In this document: positions 10,062 through 18,531 of the stretch, in pieces
How positions within the stretch are numbered: the stretch's first letter is position 1
Layout of the letters: every line of letters starts with the position of its first letter
Assembly: GCA_020343615.1 (NCBI GenBank)
Contig: CP070803.1
Location: forward strand, 143,686-207,685
Length of the DNA stretch: 64,000 nucleotides
Direction of reading: 5' to 3'
DNA from: Candidatus Woesearchaeota archaeon
GTDB lineage: Archaea; Nanobdellota; Nanobdellia; UBA10117; GCA-020343615
Notes under the pieces: model-generated
The model's input: only the letters and a program-made list of their open reading frames with translations
Told to the model about the DNA's origin: nothing
Databases searched by the model: none
Position numbers and translations under genes: made by a program

Positions 10062-11003
10062 GTGAATAAAATGAAAAAAGAATTTAATCCAAATAATTTC
10101 TATCAACGTAGAAGCTTAGCTTCTGTTTTAGGACAGATGAATAAACGTTTATGGGAATTGCAACCTGACCTTCAAGGTAAACATGTTTTTGTTCCTGGAA
10201 ATCTTGAAGATGAAATGGCTTTGTTGTATGCTACTATAGATGTAGACAAAGAAAAGTATGGAGAATCAATATATCAAGTTCAAGAAACATATAGAGACAA
10301 AATAAACTCTATTTTAGATATTACAAACCCGTTCAGGAAAGTTGCTTCCGAAGCAGTAGCTTTAGTATTATGGAATACACCTGAAGCTTTTAGAGTTAAT
10401 ACTAAAGATGGGATAGAGCTTAACAGTGGAAATTTATCTGCAATTTACTTTAATGGTAGAAAAATACCTGCTTACCCTGATTTTATGAATCTTATAAGTT
10501 CTTTTTTACAAATAGAATACATAAGAACCACTGGTGGTGCAGATGTTATTGTTGGTGGTGAAAGTGCAGGGATACCTTATGGTACGTGGTTTGCAAAGGA
10601 TACTTTTATGCCGAATGGTTACGTGAGGAAAAAACCTAAGGGTTATGGTACTACAGATCAAATAGAAGGAACAGTAGGTCCTGGTGATGACGTAAAGTTA
10701 ATAGAAGATTTGATAACTGACGGTGGAAGTAAGCTGACTTTTATAAAGGGTATAAGAAATGAAGGTGGCACTATAGAAGATGTTTTTGTAGTTATTGACA
10801 GGCAACAGGGAGGCAAAGAAACATTAGAAAAAGTCGATGTTAATTTGCACTCTCTTACAACAATGGAAGATATTCTAAATGTAGGATTAGAGTATGAATA
10901 TATTAATGATGGAGAATTAAAAAGTATTAAAGAATATTTAAATGATCCTAAAGCTTGGCATGAAGCACGAACAGAGCGACCATGGAATCCTCCTAAAAAA
11001 TAA
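10062..11003 (+). CDS. pyrE: Orotate phosphoribosyltransferase with roughly 110-aa N-terminal and C-terminal extensions
   Basis: Type I PRTase motifs: ELNSGNLSAIYFNGRK (OPRT hood-like), VIVGGESAGIPYG, and the PRPP loop DVKLIEDLITDGGS. Confidence 0.7.
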   Translation: MNKMKKEFNPNNFYQRRSLASVLGQMNKRLWELQPDLQGKHVFVPGNLEDEMALLYATIDVDKEKYGESIYQVQETYRDKINSILDITNPFRKVASEAVALVLWNTPEAFRVNTKDGIELNSGNLSAIYFNGRKIPAYPDFMNLISSFLQIEYIRTTGGADVIVGGESAGIPYGTWFAKDTFMPNGYVRKKPKGYGTTDQIEGTVGPGDDVKLIEDLITDGGSKLTFIKGIRNEGGTIEDVFVVIDRQQGGKETLEKVDVNLHSLTTMEDILNVGLEYEYINDGELKSIKEYLNDPKAWHEARTERPWNPPKK

Positions 11004-11017
11004 ACTAAACCCTAAGG

Positions 11018-11806
11018 GTGAATAAAATGCTATTCACAAATAAAGAAAAGGTTTGTAAGGCAATATATGACTGTAATCCTGTAAACATGAATGGGGTTGA
11101 AAAGCCTGCTTTTGAATACGGTAAATTTATTTTTACTTCGGGTAAGATTCAAATCTTTAAAATTAATCATAGAGTCATAACGTCGGACCCTAAAAAAAGA
11201 AGGGATATAGTTGACGAACTAACATATGTTGCTAGAGATTGGAACGCAGATCATATAGTTTCTTCTGAATCTGCCGGTATTCCGTGGGGTACTCTTGTTG
11301 CATATGAACTGGGTGTTGGTTCTTCAGTAATAAGACAAAATGGAGAGTTAATGGGAGTTATACCTAAAGACGTAGAGCGAATATGTGGTGTTGATGATTT
11401 GAATACAACTTATAGAACACTCCTCTGTGTGGTAAAGGGTGTGAAATCTCTGGGAGCAGATATAAAGAATTATACTGTGATTGTTGATAGAGAAGAATAT
11501 ACACCTGAAAATGAAGCTGAGTTTAAAAAATTAGGAATTAAATTAATTCCTTTAGTTACGGGCGCAGAACTTATTGACTATGGACTTGAAAAAGGACTGG
11601 TAAGAAAAGATAAAATTGAACTAATTGAACAATATAAAAAGGATTCTGATGCAGTCGTTCTTAAAATTATTAAGGAAAATCCGGAATGGGTTCTTAATCA
11701 TAAAAGATTAGATAGAACATATGAATTTTATAAAAATAATGATAAGATTAAAAAGGCCTTAGAAGAACTTATAGAGTCAGATAACTCAAAAGAAAAAACT
11801 CATTAA
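11018..11806 (+). CDS. Second, divergent OPRT-like phosphoribosyltransferase paralog with a C-terminal extension
   Basis: GKFIFTSGKIQIFKINHRVI (OPRT-like N-terminal motif), VSSESAGIPWGT, and a degenerate PRPP loop VDDLNTTYRT that lacks the GG. Confidence 0.55.
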   Translation: MNKMLFTNKEKVCKAIYDCNPVNMNGVEKPAFEYGKFIFTSGKIQIFKINHRVITSDPKKRRDIVDELTYVARDWNADHIVSSESAGIPWGTLVAYELGVGSSVIRQNGELMGVIPKDVERICGVDDLNTTYRTLLCVVKGVKSLGADIKNYTVIVDREEYTPENEAEFKKLGIKLIPLVTGAELIDYGLEKGLVRKDKIELIEQYKKDSDAVVLKIIKENPEWVLNHKRLDRTYEFYKNNDKIKKALEELIESDNSKEKTH

Positions 11807-11883
11807 AATAAAGAACTTTATTTAATATATATATTTTTCTTCTTTTTTATACAAATTTTTTTAAAGTTAAGATAGAGATTACA

Positions 11884-11917
11884 GAGAGGTTTTCTGACCT
11901 CCCTGGAGGACAAGATG
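11884..11917 (+). promoter_or_regulatory. GC-rich 5'-leader element GAGGTTTTCTGACCTCCCTGGAGGACAAGATG; an anti-SD/SD hairpin (CCTCC..GGAGG) that overlaps the RBS and start codon
   Basis: Seen directly in the sequence. A near-identical motif recurs at 14238..14267. Confidence 0.45.
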
Positions 11918-12907
11918 AAAGAAGGATATAAACTCCCGAAAGATTTCTTTGAGAAGGAAAAAGCAGCTTTGGTTAAGATAGAATCTGGACTTATAGACGG
12001 TGCAGTAAATTACCTAAGAAAAAATGCCTTTACACAAGTTATACCGCCGCATCTAACTAGAGCAACTGGAGCTTGTGAAAATATAGACACGATGTTTGAG
12101 GTGGATTACTTTGGTAATAAATCATTCCTGTCTCAAACAGGACAACTATATTTAGAGTCTTTTATCTCGGAATTAGGAAATGTCTATTGTATTGGTCCTA
12201 GTTTTAGGAAAGAACCATCTGCAGATGCCAGACATCTTACAGAGTTTACATTGATAGAACTAGAGTTTCCTACAAAAAACGGATTGGAAGAACTTATGAC
12301 ACATGTTGAAGGAATAGTATCTTCGATGATAAACAATGTGGTAGAGAATAATCATGAAGATCTACAAACAGTAAATGCGAATATAGAAAGATTAGAAAAC
12401 CTAACAGTTCCTTTTGAGAAGATAACGTACAACAAAGCATTGAATATCTTAAATAATAATGGATCTAGCATGAAGTGGGGGAGTGACTTAAAGAACAAAC
12501 ATGAATTGTTTATAACAGAACACTCTGGTAAAAAACCAGTATTCATAACACATTATCCGCAAGAGATGAAATTCTTCAACATGGAGCCTAATGAAGAAAA
12601 TCCTAAGATAGTAAACAGTACCGACCTTATACTGCCAGATGCTGGAGAAGCAGTAGGCGCTGCTTGCAGAATATACAAACCAGACCAACTAATCAACAGG
12701 CTAGATGCTTCAAGTATGATGGGACAATTAAGAAAAAAAGGAGTGGAAATGGACGCCTTTAGCTGGTACGAAGACGTTGTGGCTAAACATGGTATGCCTC
12801 ATGCTGGCTTCGGAATGGGGCTTGGAAGAGTGATGAAGTATGTAACGGGAGCAGAGGACATTAGAGACTGCACTGCATTCCCAATAAATGCAGCAGTGAT
12901 ATATTAA
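11915..12907 (+). CDS. Asparagine synthetase A-like / AsnRS-paralog: a class II aaRS catalytic core with no anticodon-binding domain
   Basis: Class IIb motifs are present: motif 2 FRKEPSADARHLTEFTLIELE and motif 3 GFGMGLGRVMKYVTG. There is no N-terminal OB-fold, and the length (330 aa) corresponds to the catalytic core alone. Confidence 0.7.
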   Translation: MKEGYKLPKDFFEKEKAALVKIESGLIDGAVNYLRKNAFTQVIPPHLTRATGACENIDTMFEVDYFGNKSFLSQTGQLYLESFISELGNVYCIGPSFRKEPSADARHLTEFTLIELEFPTKNGLEELMTHVEGIVSSMINNVVENNHEDLQTVNANIERLENLTVPFEKITYNKALNILNNNGSSMKWGSDLKNKHELFITEHSGKKPVFITHYPQEMKFFNMEPNEENPKIVNSTDLILPDAGEAVGAACRIYKPDQLINRLDASSMMGQLRKKGVEMDAFSWYEDVVAKHGMPHAGFGMGLGRVMKYVTGAEDIRDCTAFPINAAVIY

Positions 12908-13219
12908 ATGAAGAAACAGTGGAAAAGTGAAAAGGGTACAATCCCTAAATCTAAGTTATTGGAAATAATTAATAGCTCTCTTCCAGGATCGTCCTCTTCG
13001 GAAGAGATAATTTCTAATTTTGAAGAAACAATAATCGACCTCGTAGCCAAAGGCTACAGAGTCAGAACCGGTTTAGGATCATTTTATCCTGTTCATTGGG
13101 AAACTAGGGAAGTCGAACTATCTGGAGAAAAAAGAACAGTTATTGGAAGAAATATAGTTATGTATAATGCTAGCAAAAATTTTAAAGACAGAGTTAAATC
13201 ATTAACTTATGAGAAGTAA
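12908..13219 (+). CDS. HU/IHF-family (bacterial-type) DNA-binding protein homolog
   Basis: The C-terminal half, GLGSFYPVHWETREVELSGEKRTVIGRNIVMYNASKNFKDRVK, follows the HU arm pattern (GFGxF...R..R.GRNP.TGE...I.A...V.F..GK.LKD). Confidence 0.55.
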   Translation: MKKQWKSEKGTIPKSKLLEIINSSLPGSSSSEEIISNFEETIIDLVAKGYRVRTGLGSFYPVHWETREVELSGEKRTVIGRNIVMYNASKNFKDRVKSLTYEK

Positions 13220-14162
13220 TATGGATCTAAGTACAAAGCTAGCTGGAATAACATTAAGGAATCCTACTATGAATGCATCAGGCGTACTCATAATTTTTCC
13301 TCCGATGATGAAAGCATTTGAAGATCACGGTATAGGCGCAGTAGTTGGTAAGTCTGTAACGAAAGAGCCTAGAGAAGGGAATAACGGACCTACTGTAATT
13401 CAACGCAGTGAAGATGTTTGTATGAATCGCATGGGCTTACCTAATCCAGGTGTAGAAGAATATATTGAAGAAATAAAAAAATATGAGTTTAATATACCTG
13501 TAATTATTAGCGTTGCTGGCTTTTCGTTAGAAGAATATGTGTCTAATGCTATAAAAGGTGTAGAAGTTGGAAAAATAATTGAAGTGAATCTATCTTGTCC
13601 TAATGTAGAGGGAGGGACTATCTGCTTTGCTATTGATCAAACATATAAAATATGTAGAGAAATCGTAGACAATGTGGATGTTCCTGTTTTTAGTAAGCTT
13701 TCTCCCTATACTAACCTTCTCGGATTAAATAAGACGATAGATGCTGTATATAAAAGTGGGGTAGACGGAATAACTTTAACTAACACTGCTCCTTCTTTAA
13801 GTATAATCTCTTTAGATATAGCTGTAAATGAGAGGCGTAATAATAACCTCTTTAAGGGAGGGTTATCTTCAAAGGCTCTTTTTCCAATTAGCCTAAGAAA
13901 CGTTTACGAAGCTAGTAAATACATTGAAAAAGAAGGTCTAGAATTAGATCTCATCGGGGTTGGAGGTATAGAAACACATGAAGAAATGATAAGTTATATT
14001 CTCTGTGGGGCTAAGGCAACTCAGTTTGGTTCTGCAGCAGCCTTACATTTTAATGAGAATTATAAAGAAATTCCTAGATCTCTATGCAATGGTTTGGAAG
14101 ATTTCATGAGAGATAATAATTACAAATCACTTGAAGATTTTAGAGGAGAGGTATATAGATAA
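13209..14162 (+). CDS. pyrD: Dihydroorotate dehydrogenase (class 1)
   Basis: NASGV...GAVVGKS...NLSCPNVEGG...TNT...GVGGI motif series. The true start may be the Met at 13221, which would avoid overlapping the upstream stop. Confidence 0.85.
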   Translation: MRSNMDLSTKLAGITLRNPTMNASGVLIIFPPMMKAFEDHGIGAVVGKSVTKEPREGNNGPTVIQRSEDVCMNRMGLPNPGVEEYIEEIKKYEFNIPVIISVAGFSLEEYVSNAIKGVEVGKIIEVNLSCPNVEGGTICFAIDQTYKICREIVDNVDVPVFSKLSPYTNLLGLNKTIDAVYKSGVDGITLTNTAPSLSIISLDIAVNERRNNNLFKGGLSSKALFPISLRNVYEASKYIEKEGLELDLIGVGGIETHEEMISYILCGAKATQFGSAAALHFNENYKEIPRSLCNGLEDFMRDNNYKSLEDFRGEVYR

Positions 14163-14237
14163 ATCGATAGAGTAAGGCTCTAAATATATTATTCTCTCTT
14201 ATATAAATCCTTTTAAAGCAAAATTATGTAATTTAAA

Positions 14238-14267
14238 GAGGGTTTCTCGCCTCCGCGGAGGATAATG
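14238..14267 (+). promoter_or_regulatory. Second copy of the GC-rich 5'-leader element GAGGGTTTCTCGCCTCCGCGGAGGATAATG
   Basis: Seen directly. Shares the GAGG(G)TTTCT..CCTCC-NN-GGAGGA..ATG architecture with 11884..11917. Confidence 0.45.
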
Positions 14268-14522
14268 ACATCGAATAGTACAAATGATGTAGAACCATCA
14301 AGGATTATAACTAATTTAGAAGGAAAGTTGGGGAAAGGGATAAGAGATGAAATATTAAGAATGTTAAAAGGTGGAAAAAAAGTGCATATAAATAAATTAG
14401 GATATTTCTATAGCCAAAATTGGTCGGGTAAAAAAATCATTGGCTTTTCACCGTATCCCTGCGCTTTAAGTAATTTAAACAACGGAAAAAACGTTTATAT
14501 AAATAACCAGAAAAGGTATTAG
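14265..14522 (+). CDS. Small hypothetical protein (85 aa), possibly a divergent HU-like fold
   Basis: Preceded by the conserved leader motif. The C-terminal GYFYSQNWSGKKIIGFSP segment loosely resembles an HU arm. Low confidence. Confidence 0.35.
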   Translation: MTSNSTNDVEPSRIITNLEGKLGKGIRDEILRMLKGGKKVHINKLGYFYSQNWSGKKIIGFSPYPCALSNLNNGKNVYINNQKRY

Positions 14523-15217
14523 ACCTGCTCCACTTTTCGCAGACCTTTGTTTCTGATCTCGAAGTACGCTGCCTTTCCAGAGGGAATACTTCTATGCTTT
14601 ACTACTGTTGCTTTCTTTATCGCATCAATACTTTCAAGTTTTACAATGCATTTTGACCAATACTTAAGCAGATCTCCTCCTACCATTTTAACATCCTGCT
14701 TCTTTTGAAAATCTGCATAAACTTGATTCATAACTAAAATGGGTAGTTCTTTCTTTCTAGCAATTTCTGCTAAGGTCCTTAACAGCCTTGCCATAGCCCT
14801 GTTTGTTTTTAATGCATCTTCTTTTTCTCCTAGCTCTAAACGATACAATAAAGCAATAGAATCGATGATTATCATCCCTATCCTAGATTCCGCATTAACT
14901 ATTTCCTTAACTTCATTTACTGCCTCTATCTGCTCCTGAAAAGAAGTTGGCTTAAGGAAAATGATATTGTCTATTATTTTTTCATAATCTTCTTCTATCT
15001 GATGAGCTCTGTCCTTTGAGAAGCTTCCTTCAGAGTCAATATAAACCACTTTTTTGCCCTGCCTTGCTAAGTTAACTGCTGATAGAATACCTATGTTGCT
15101 CTTGCCAGTTCCTGAGGCTCCGTAGATAGTTGTGATTATCCCTGACTCATATCCTCCATTCAAAAGCTCATCAAGAACTTTACTTCCACTAGAAACTTTT
15201 TTATGATTTAGTGCCAT
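14519..15217 (-). CDS. radB: RadB (archaeal RecA/RadA paralog)
   Basis: Walker A GASGTGKS. At 232 aa it is the RecA core only. It also has an IIDSIA Walker B-like motif. Confidence 0.8.
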   Translation of the reverse strand: MALNHKKVSSGSKVLDELLNGGYESGIITTIYGASGTGKSNIGILSAVNLARQGKKVVYIDSEGSFSKDRAHQIEEDYEKIIDNIIFLKPTSFQEQIEAVNEVKEIVNAESRIGMIIIDSIALLYRLELGEKEDALKTNRAMARLLRTLAEIARKKELPILVMNQVYADFQKKQDVKMVGGDLLKYWSKCIVKLESIDAIKKATVVKHRSIPSGKAAYFEIRNKGLRKVEQV

Positions 15218-15260
15218 ATAATAGTAATAAGAGGTAGTTAATTATATTAATCTTTTCAAA

Positions 15261-17525
15261 ATGGAAAATAAAAGATTTCGTTTAAAAGTTGCTGAAGCTG
15301 AGCAAGAAGATGTTAACAAGGGCATTGTTAGACTAGATAGGGAAGTACTAAAAGAACTAAAAATAAACGAGGGAGACGTTGTTGAGTTAGAGGGTGAGAG
15401 AAAAACTGGAGCTATTGCTGCTCGTGCTTTTCCAAGAGATATTGGATTGGGAATCATTCGTATGGATGGTTTAACAAGGAAGAATGCCGGTATTGGTGTA
15501 GGTGAAAGGGTAACTGTAGTAGCCATAGAAAAAAAAGAAGCCAAACAGATTACATTAGCTCCTGCTCAAAAAGGCATTAGCGTACAGATGAATCCTGAAA
15601 CTGCTAAGAATGCTCTACGTAATAGAATTCTTACTAAGGGAGATATTTTATCTTTAGGCGGGGTTCAAAGAAGATCCTCTGCTGGAGGTCCTTTTGATGA
15701 CCTATTCAAAGAAATGGAAATGGGTTTCGGTGGACTCGGTAATTTCGGATTTAGAGATATAAAATTTGTAGTAGTTAATACAAATCCTGCTGGTTCTGTG
15801 GTTATTGGGCCAATAACTAACATTGTTGTAAACCCTAAAGCTGTTCATATTGGAGAAGAAAGGATTCCTGAAGTTGCATATGAAGATATTGGTGGGTTAA
15901 AGGAAGAAACTAAGAAAGTTAGGGAAATGATCGAGGTTCCTCTAAAACATCCGGAAATTTTCAAGAGATTAGGTATTGTGCCTCCTAAAGGAGTTCTATT
16001 GTATGGTCCTCCTGGAACTGGTAAAACTCTGTTAGCTAAAGCTGTAGCTAATGAGTCTGAGGCTAATTTTATTTCAATTAATGGTCCTGAGATTATGAGT
16101 AAGTTTGTAGGTGAAGCAGAAAAGAAACTAAGACAATTATTTGAGGACGCTGAAAAAGGTGCTCCTTCAATTGTATTCATAGATGAATTAGACGCTATTG
16201 CTCCGAAAAGAGAAGAAAGTTATGGTGAAGTTGAAAGAAGAGTAGTAGCACAGTTGCTTGCATTAATGGATGGTCTAAAAGGCCGAGGTAAGGTAATTGT
16301 TATCGGAGCTACCAACAGACCTAATGCATTAGATCCTGCTCTAAGAAGAGGAGGCAGATTTGATAGAGAGGTTGAAATTGGCGTTCCTAATCAAAAAGGA
16401 AGATTAGAGATATTAAAGATTCACACAAGAAACATGCCTTTAGCTAAAGATGTAAACCTAAAGGAATTCGCTGCTGTAACTCATGGTTTTGTGGGTGCTG
16501 ACTTAGAAGGTTTATGTAAGGAAGCAGCTATGAATGTTATAAGAAGACTGCTACCTAAATTCAAATTTGAAGATTATGAGCATATTCCTAAGGAAGTTCT
16601 TGAAAAGTTAATTGTTAATAGAGCAGATTTCAAACAGGGTTTAAAGTTGGTCAGACCTTCTGGAATGAGAGAGATATTCATTGAAACACCTAAAGTTAAA
16701 TGGGAAGACATAGGTGGATTAGAGGACGTAAAACAAGAATTAAAAGAAGCTGTAGAATGGCCTCTAAAGAATCCGGAAGTATTTGACAGAATGGGAATTA
16801 AAGCACCTAGAGGCATTTTCCTTTATGGTCCTCCAGGATGTGGAAAGACCCTACTTGCTAAAGCTGTAGCTAATGAGTCTGAGGCTAATTTTATTTCAAT
16901 CAAAGGTCCAGAATTACTATCTAAATGGGTTGGCGAGTCTGAAAAAGCTGTAAGAGAGATTTTCAAGAAAGCTAGACAAGTTTCTCCAACTATTGTTTTA
17001 TTCGATGAAGTTGATGCTTTAGTTCCTAAAAGAGGAGCTGTTAATGAAGGAACTATGGTTGGGGAAAGAGTGGTTGACCAAATTCTTTCAGAAATTGATG
17101 GCTTAGAAGAACTAGCAGATGTTGTAGTTATTGCTGCCACTAACAGACCTGACCTAATAGACCCTGCATTAATCCGGGGAGGTAGATTAGATAGACATAT
17201 TCTCGTAACAGCCCCTGATGAAAAAGCAAGAGAAGTTATTCTCAAAATACATACAAAGAACATGCCTTTGGACAAGGATATAAACATAAAAGACCTTGCT
17301 AAGGAAATGATAAACTTTTCTGGGGCAGACATAGAAACAACTGCTAGAGAAGCTGCTATGCTAGCATTACGAGAGGATATGAAAGCGAATAAGGTATCAC
17401 TAAAACAATTCAGAAAAGCCATGCAAAAAATAAGTCCTTCAGTCTCTGAAAATGTAAAGGGAACCTATGATGATATGCTAGCTAAGAAAATTAAAGCTAG
17501 TTCAGCTCCTGACTACATGGGCTAA
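15261..17525 (+). CDS. cdc48: CDC48/VCP-like AAA+ ATPase (N-domain plus two AAA modules)
   Basis: Two Walker A motifs (GPPGTGKT and GPPGCGKT), two DE Walker B motifs and second-region-of-homology segments (ATNRP.. repeated). The N-terminal part looks like a double-psi barrel region. Confidence 0.9.
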   Translation: MENKRFRLKVAEAEQEDVNKGIVRLDREVLKELKINEGDVVELEGERKTGAIAARAFPRDIGLGIIRMDGLTRKNAGIGVGERVTVVAIEKKEAKQITLAPAQKGISVQMNPETAKNALRNRILTKGDILSLGGVQRRSSAGGPFDDLFKEMEMGFGGLGNFGFRDIKFVVVNTNPAGSVVIGPITNIVVNPKAVHIGEERIPEVAYEDIGGLKEETKKVREMIEVPLKHPEIFKRLGIVPPKGVLLYGPPGTGKTLLAKAVANESEANFISINGPEIMSKFVGEAEKKLRQLFEDAEKGAPSIVFIDELDAIAPKREESYGEVERRVVAQLLALMDGLKGRGKVIVIGATNRPNALDPALRRGGRFDREVEIGVPNQKGRLEILKIHTRNMPLAKDVNLKEFAAVTHGFVGADLEGLCKEAAMNVIRRLLPKFKFEDYEHIPKEVLEKLIVNRADFKQGLKLVRPSGMREIFIETPKVKWEDIGGLEDVKQELKEAVEWPLKNPEVFDRMGIKAPRGIFLYGPPGCGKTLLAKAVANESEANFISIKGPELLSKWVGESEKAVREIFKKARQVSPTIVLFDEVDALVPKRGAVNEGTMVGERVVDQILSEIDGLEELADVVVIAATNRPDLIDPALIRGGRLDRHILVTAPDEKAREVILKIHTKNMPLDKDINIKDLAKEMINFSGADIETTAREAAMLALREDMKANKVSLKQFRKAMQKISPSVSENVKGTYDDMLAKKIKASSAPDYMG

Positions 17526-17566
17526 TTTTCAAGAGTGATGAGTAATTGTTATAAATAGACACTCTT

Positions 17567-17971
17567 ATGTTTTTATTAGGGGTGTTAAACTTGGCAGACA
17601 GACCTCTTGGTGTAACAATAATTGCTGTTTTAGGTATACTTGGTGCTTTGATAACAATTCTTGGTGGACTTGGTGCGTCTGTAGGTGGAACATTTTTAAG
17701 TACATTCAGTGGCGGAACCGTAGCTGGCCTAATAAGTGGTGCTTTGTTAATAGCCCTTGGAATAGTATTAATCATAGTAGGTATAATTTGGTTAGTTTCT
17801 TATTATTGGTTATTTAAGATGAAGAAGCTAGGCTGGCAATTAGTAATTATATTTGGAATAATATCTCTAATACTAAACATAATTGGTTTCGCAGCAGCGT
17901 CTAAATTAGGTATAGTATTAACTGTAATAATAATCGTGTACCTATGGATAAAAAAAGACTTGTTTACTTAG
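17567..17971 (+). CDS. Gly-rich integral membrane protein (hypothetical)
   Basis: Three to four hydrophobic helices rich in G/A/L/I. No other motifs. Confidence 0.45.
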   Translation: MFLLGVLNLADRPLGVTIIAVLGILGALITILGGLGASVGGTFLSTFSGGTVAGLISGALLIALGIVLIIVGIIWLVSYYWLFKMKKLGWQLVIIFGIISLILNIIGFAAASKLGIVLTVIIIVYLWIKKDLFT

Positions 17972-17982
17972 TCCTTTATTTT

Positions 17983-18171
17983 TTATTTCTTAAAAGCTAA
18001 GTACATTGGTTTTATAGCTATTATTATTGCTATTATTAGTAATATCCAAGGATTTATTAGTAATTGTGGGAATAGGGCTGCTAAAAAAATACCAAAGACT
18101 AAGGAGCTTAGCTTCAACAAGCCTATATCAATAGGTTTTGCTCTTTTTAAGAAGTTGTCCCACATTTTCAT
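17983..18171 (-). CDS. Small membrane protein (hypothetical, 62 aa)
   Basis: Two predicted TM helices. Weak call. Confidence 0.3.
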   Translation of the reverse strand: MKMWDNFLKRAKPIDIGLLKLSSLVFGIFLAALFPQLLINPWILLIIAIIIAIKPMYLAFKK

Positions 18172-18223
18172 TGTACTTTAGAATTGGTATTAATTATATT
18201 AAAACGTTGCTAAAAAGTGCATA

Positions 18224-18322
18224 TGCAGGAGGCAGGGTTTGAACCTGCGAAGGCACTAAGCCACGTGGTTTCTCATAAGAAGAACTTGAGCCACGCCCTT
18301 TTGACCACTCAGGCACTCCTGC
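18224..18322 (-). tRNA. tRNA-Leu(CAA) with a 15-nt intron at the canonical 37/38 position
   Basis: Hand-folded as acceptor GCAGGAG/CTCCTGC, anticodon stem CGTGG/CCACG, loop CTCAAG-[TTCTTCTTATGAGAA]-A, a long variable arm (GGC-TTAGT-GCC) and T-arm GCAGG-TTCAAAC-CCTGC. Confidence 0.7.
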
Positions 18323-18365
18323 ATAAATAATACTATTCTAAAAATGCATATAAAAAAGTTTAGAA

Positions 18366-18494
18366 TTAGGCAGCTTTCTTCTTCTGGTACTTCCTTCTAC
18401 GTTTTTTCTCGTTAATCTTCTTACGTCTCCACTTCCATCTACTTCTCTTTCCTGCTCTGTTCTTCTTCTTCCAAGCTCTACTACTTCTTTTCAT
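18366..18494 (-). CDS. Unlisted small, highly basic protein (42 aa, MKRSSRAWKKKNRAGKRSRWKWRRKKINEKKRRRKYQKKKAA); possibly a small ribosomal protein
   Basis: Found by translating the minus strand between tRNA-Leu and argS. It is below the 60-aa cut-off of the ORF track. Extreme K/R content is typical of tiny r-proteins such as eL41. Confidence 0.35.
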   Translation of the reverse strand: MKRSSRAWKKKNRAGKRSRWKWRRKKINEKKRRRKYQKKKAA

Positions 18495-18531
18495 GGTTAT
18501 TAAAGATTGATAAAAGCCTTTAAAAAGCTTA

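Noticed and set aside
15242-17775. Several minus-strand ORFs (15242..15544, 15845..16180, 16574..16816, 16823..17422, 17497..17775) overlapping cdc48
   Set aside because: All are antisense to the well-supported Cdc48 CDS with Ser/Pro/Leu-rich low-complexity translations. Shadow ORFs.
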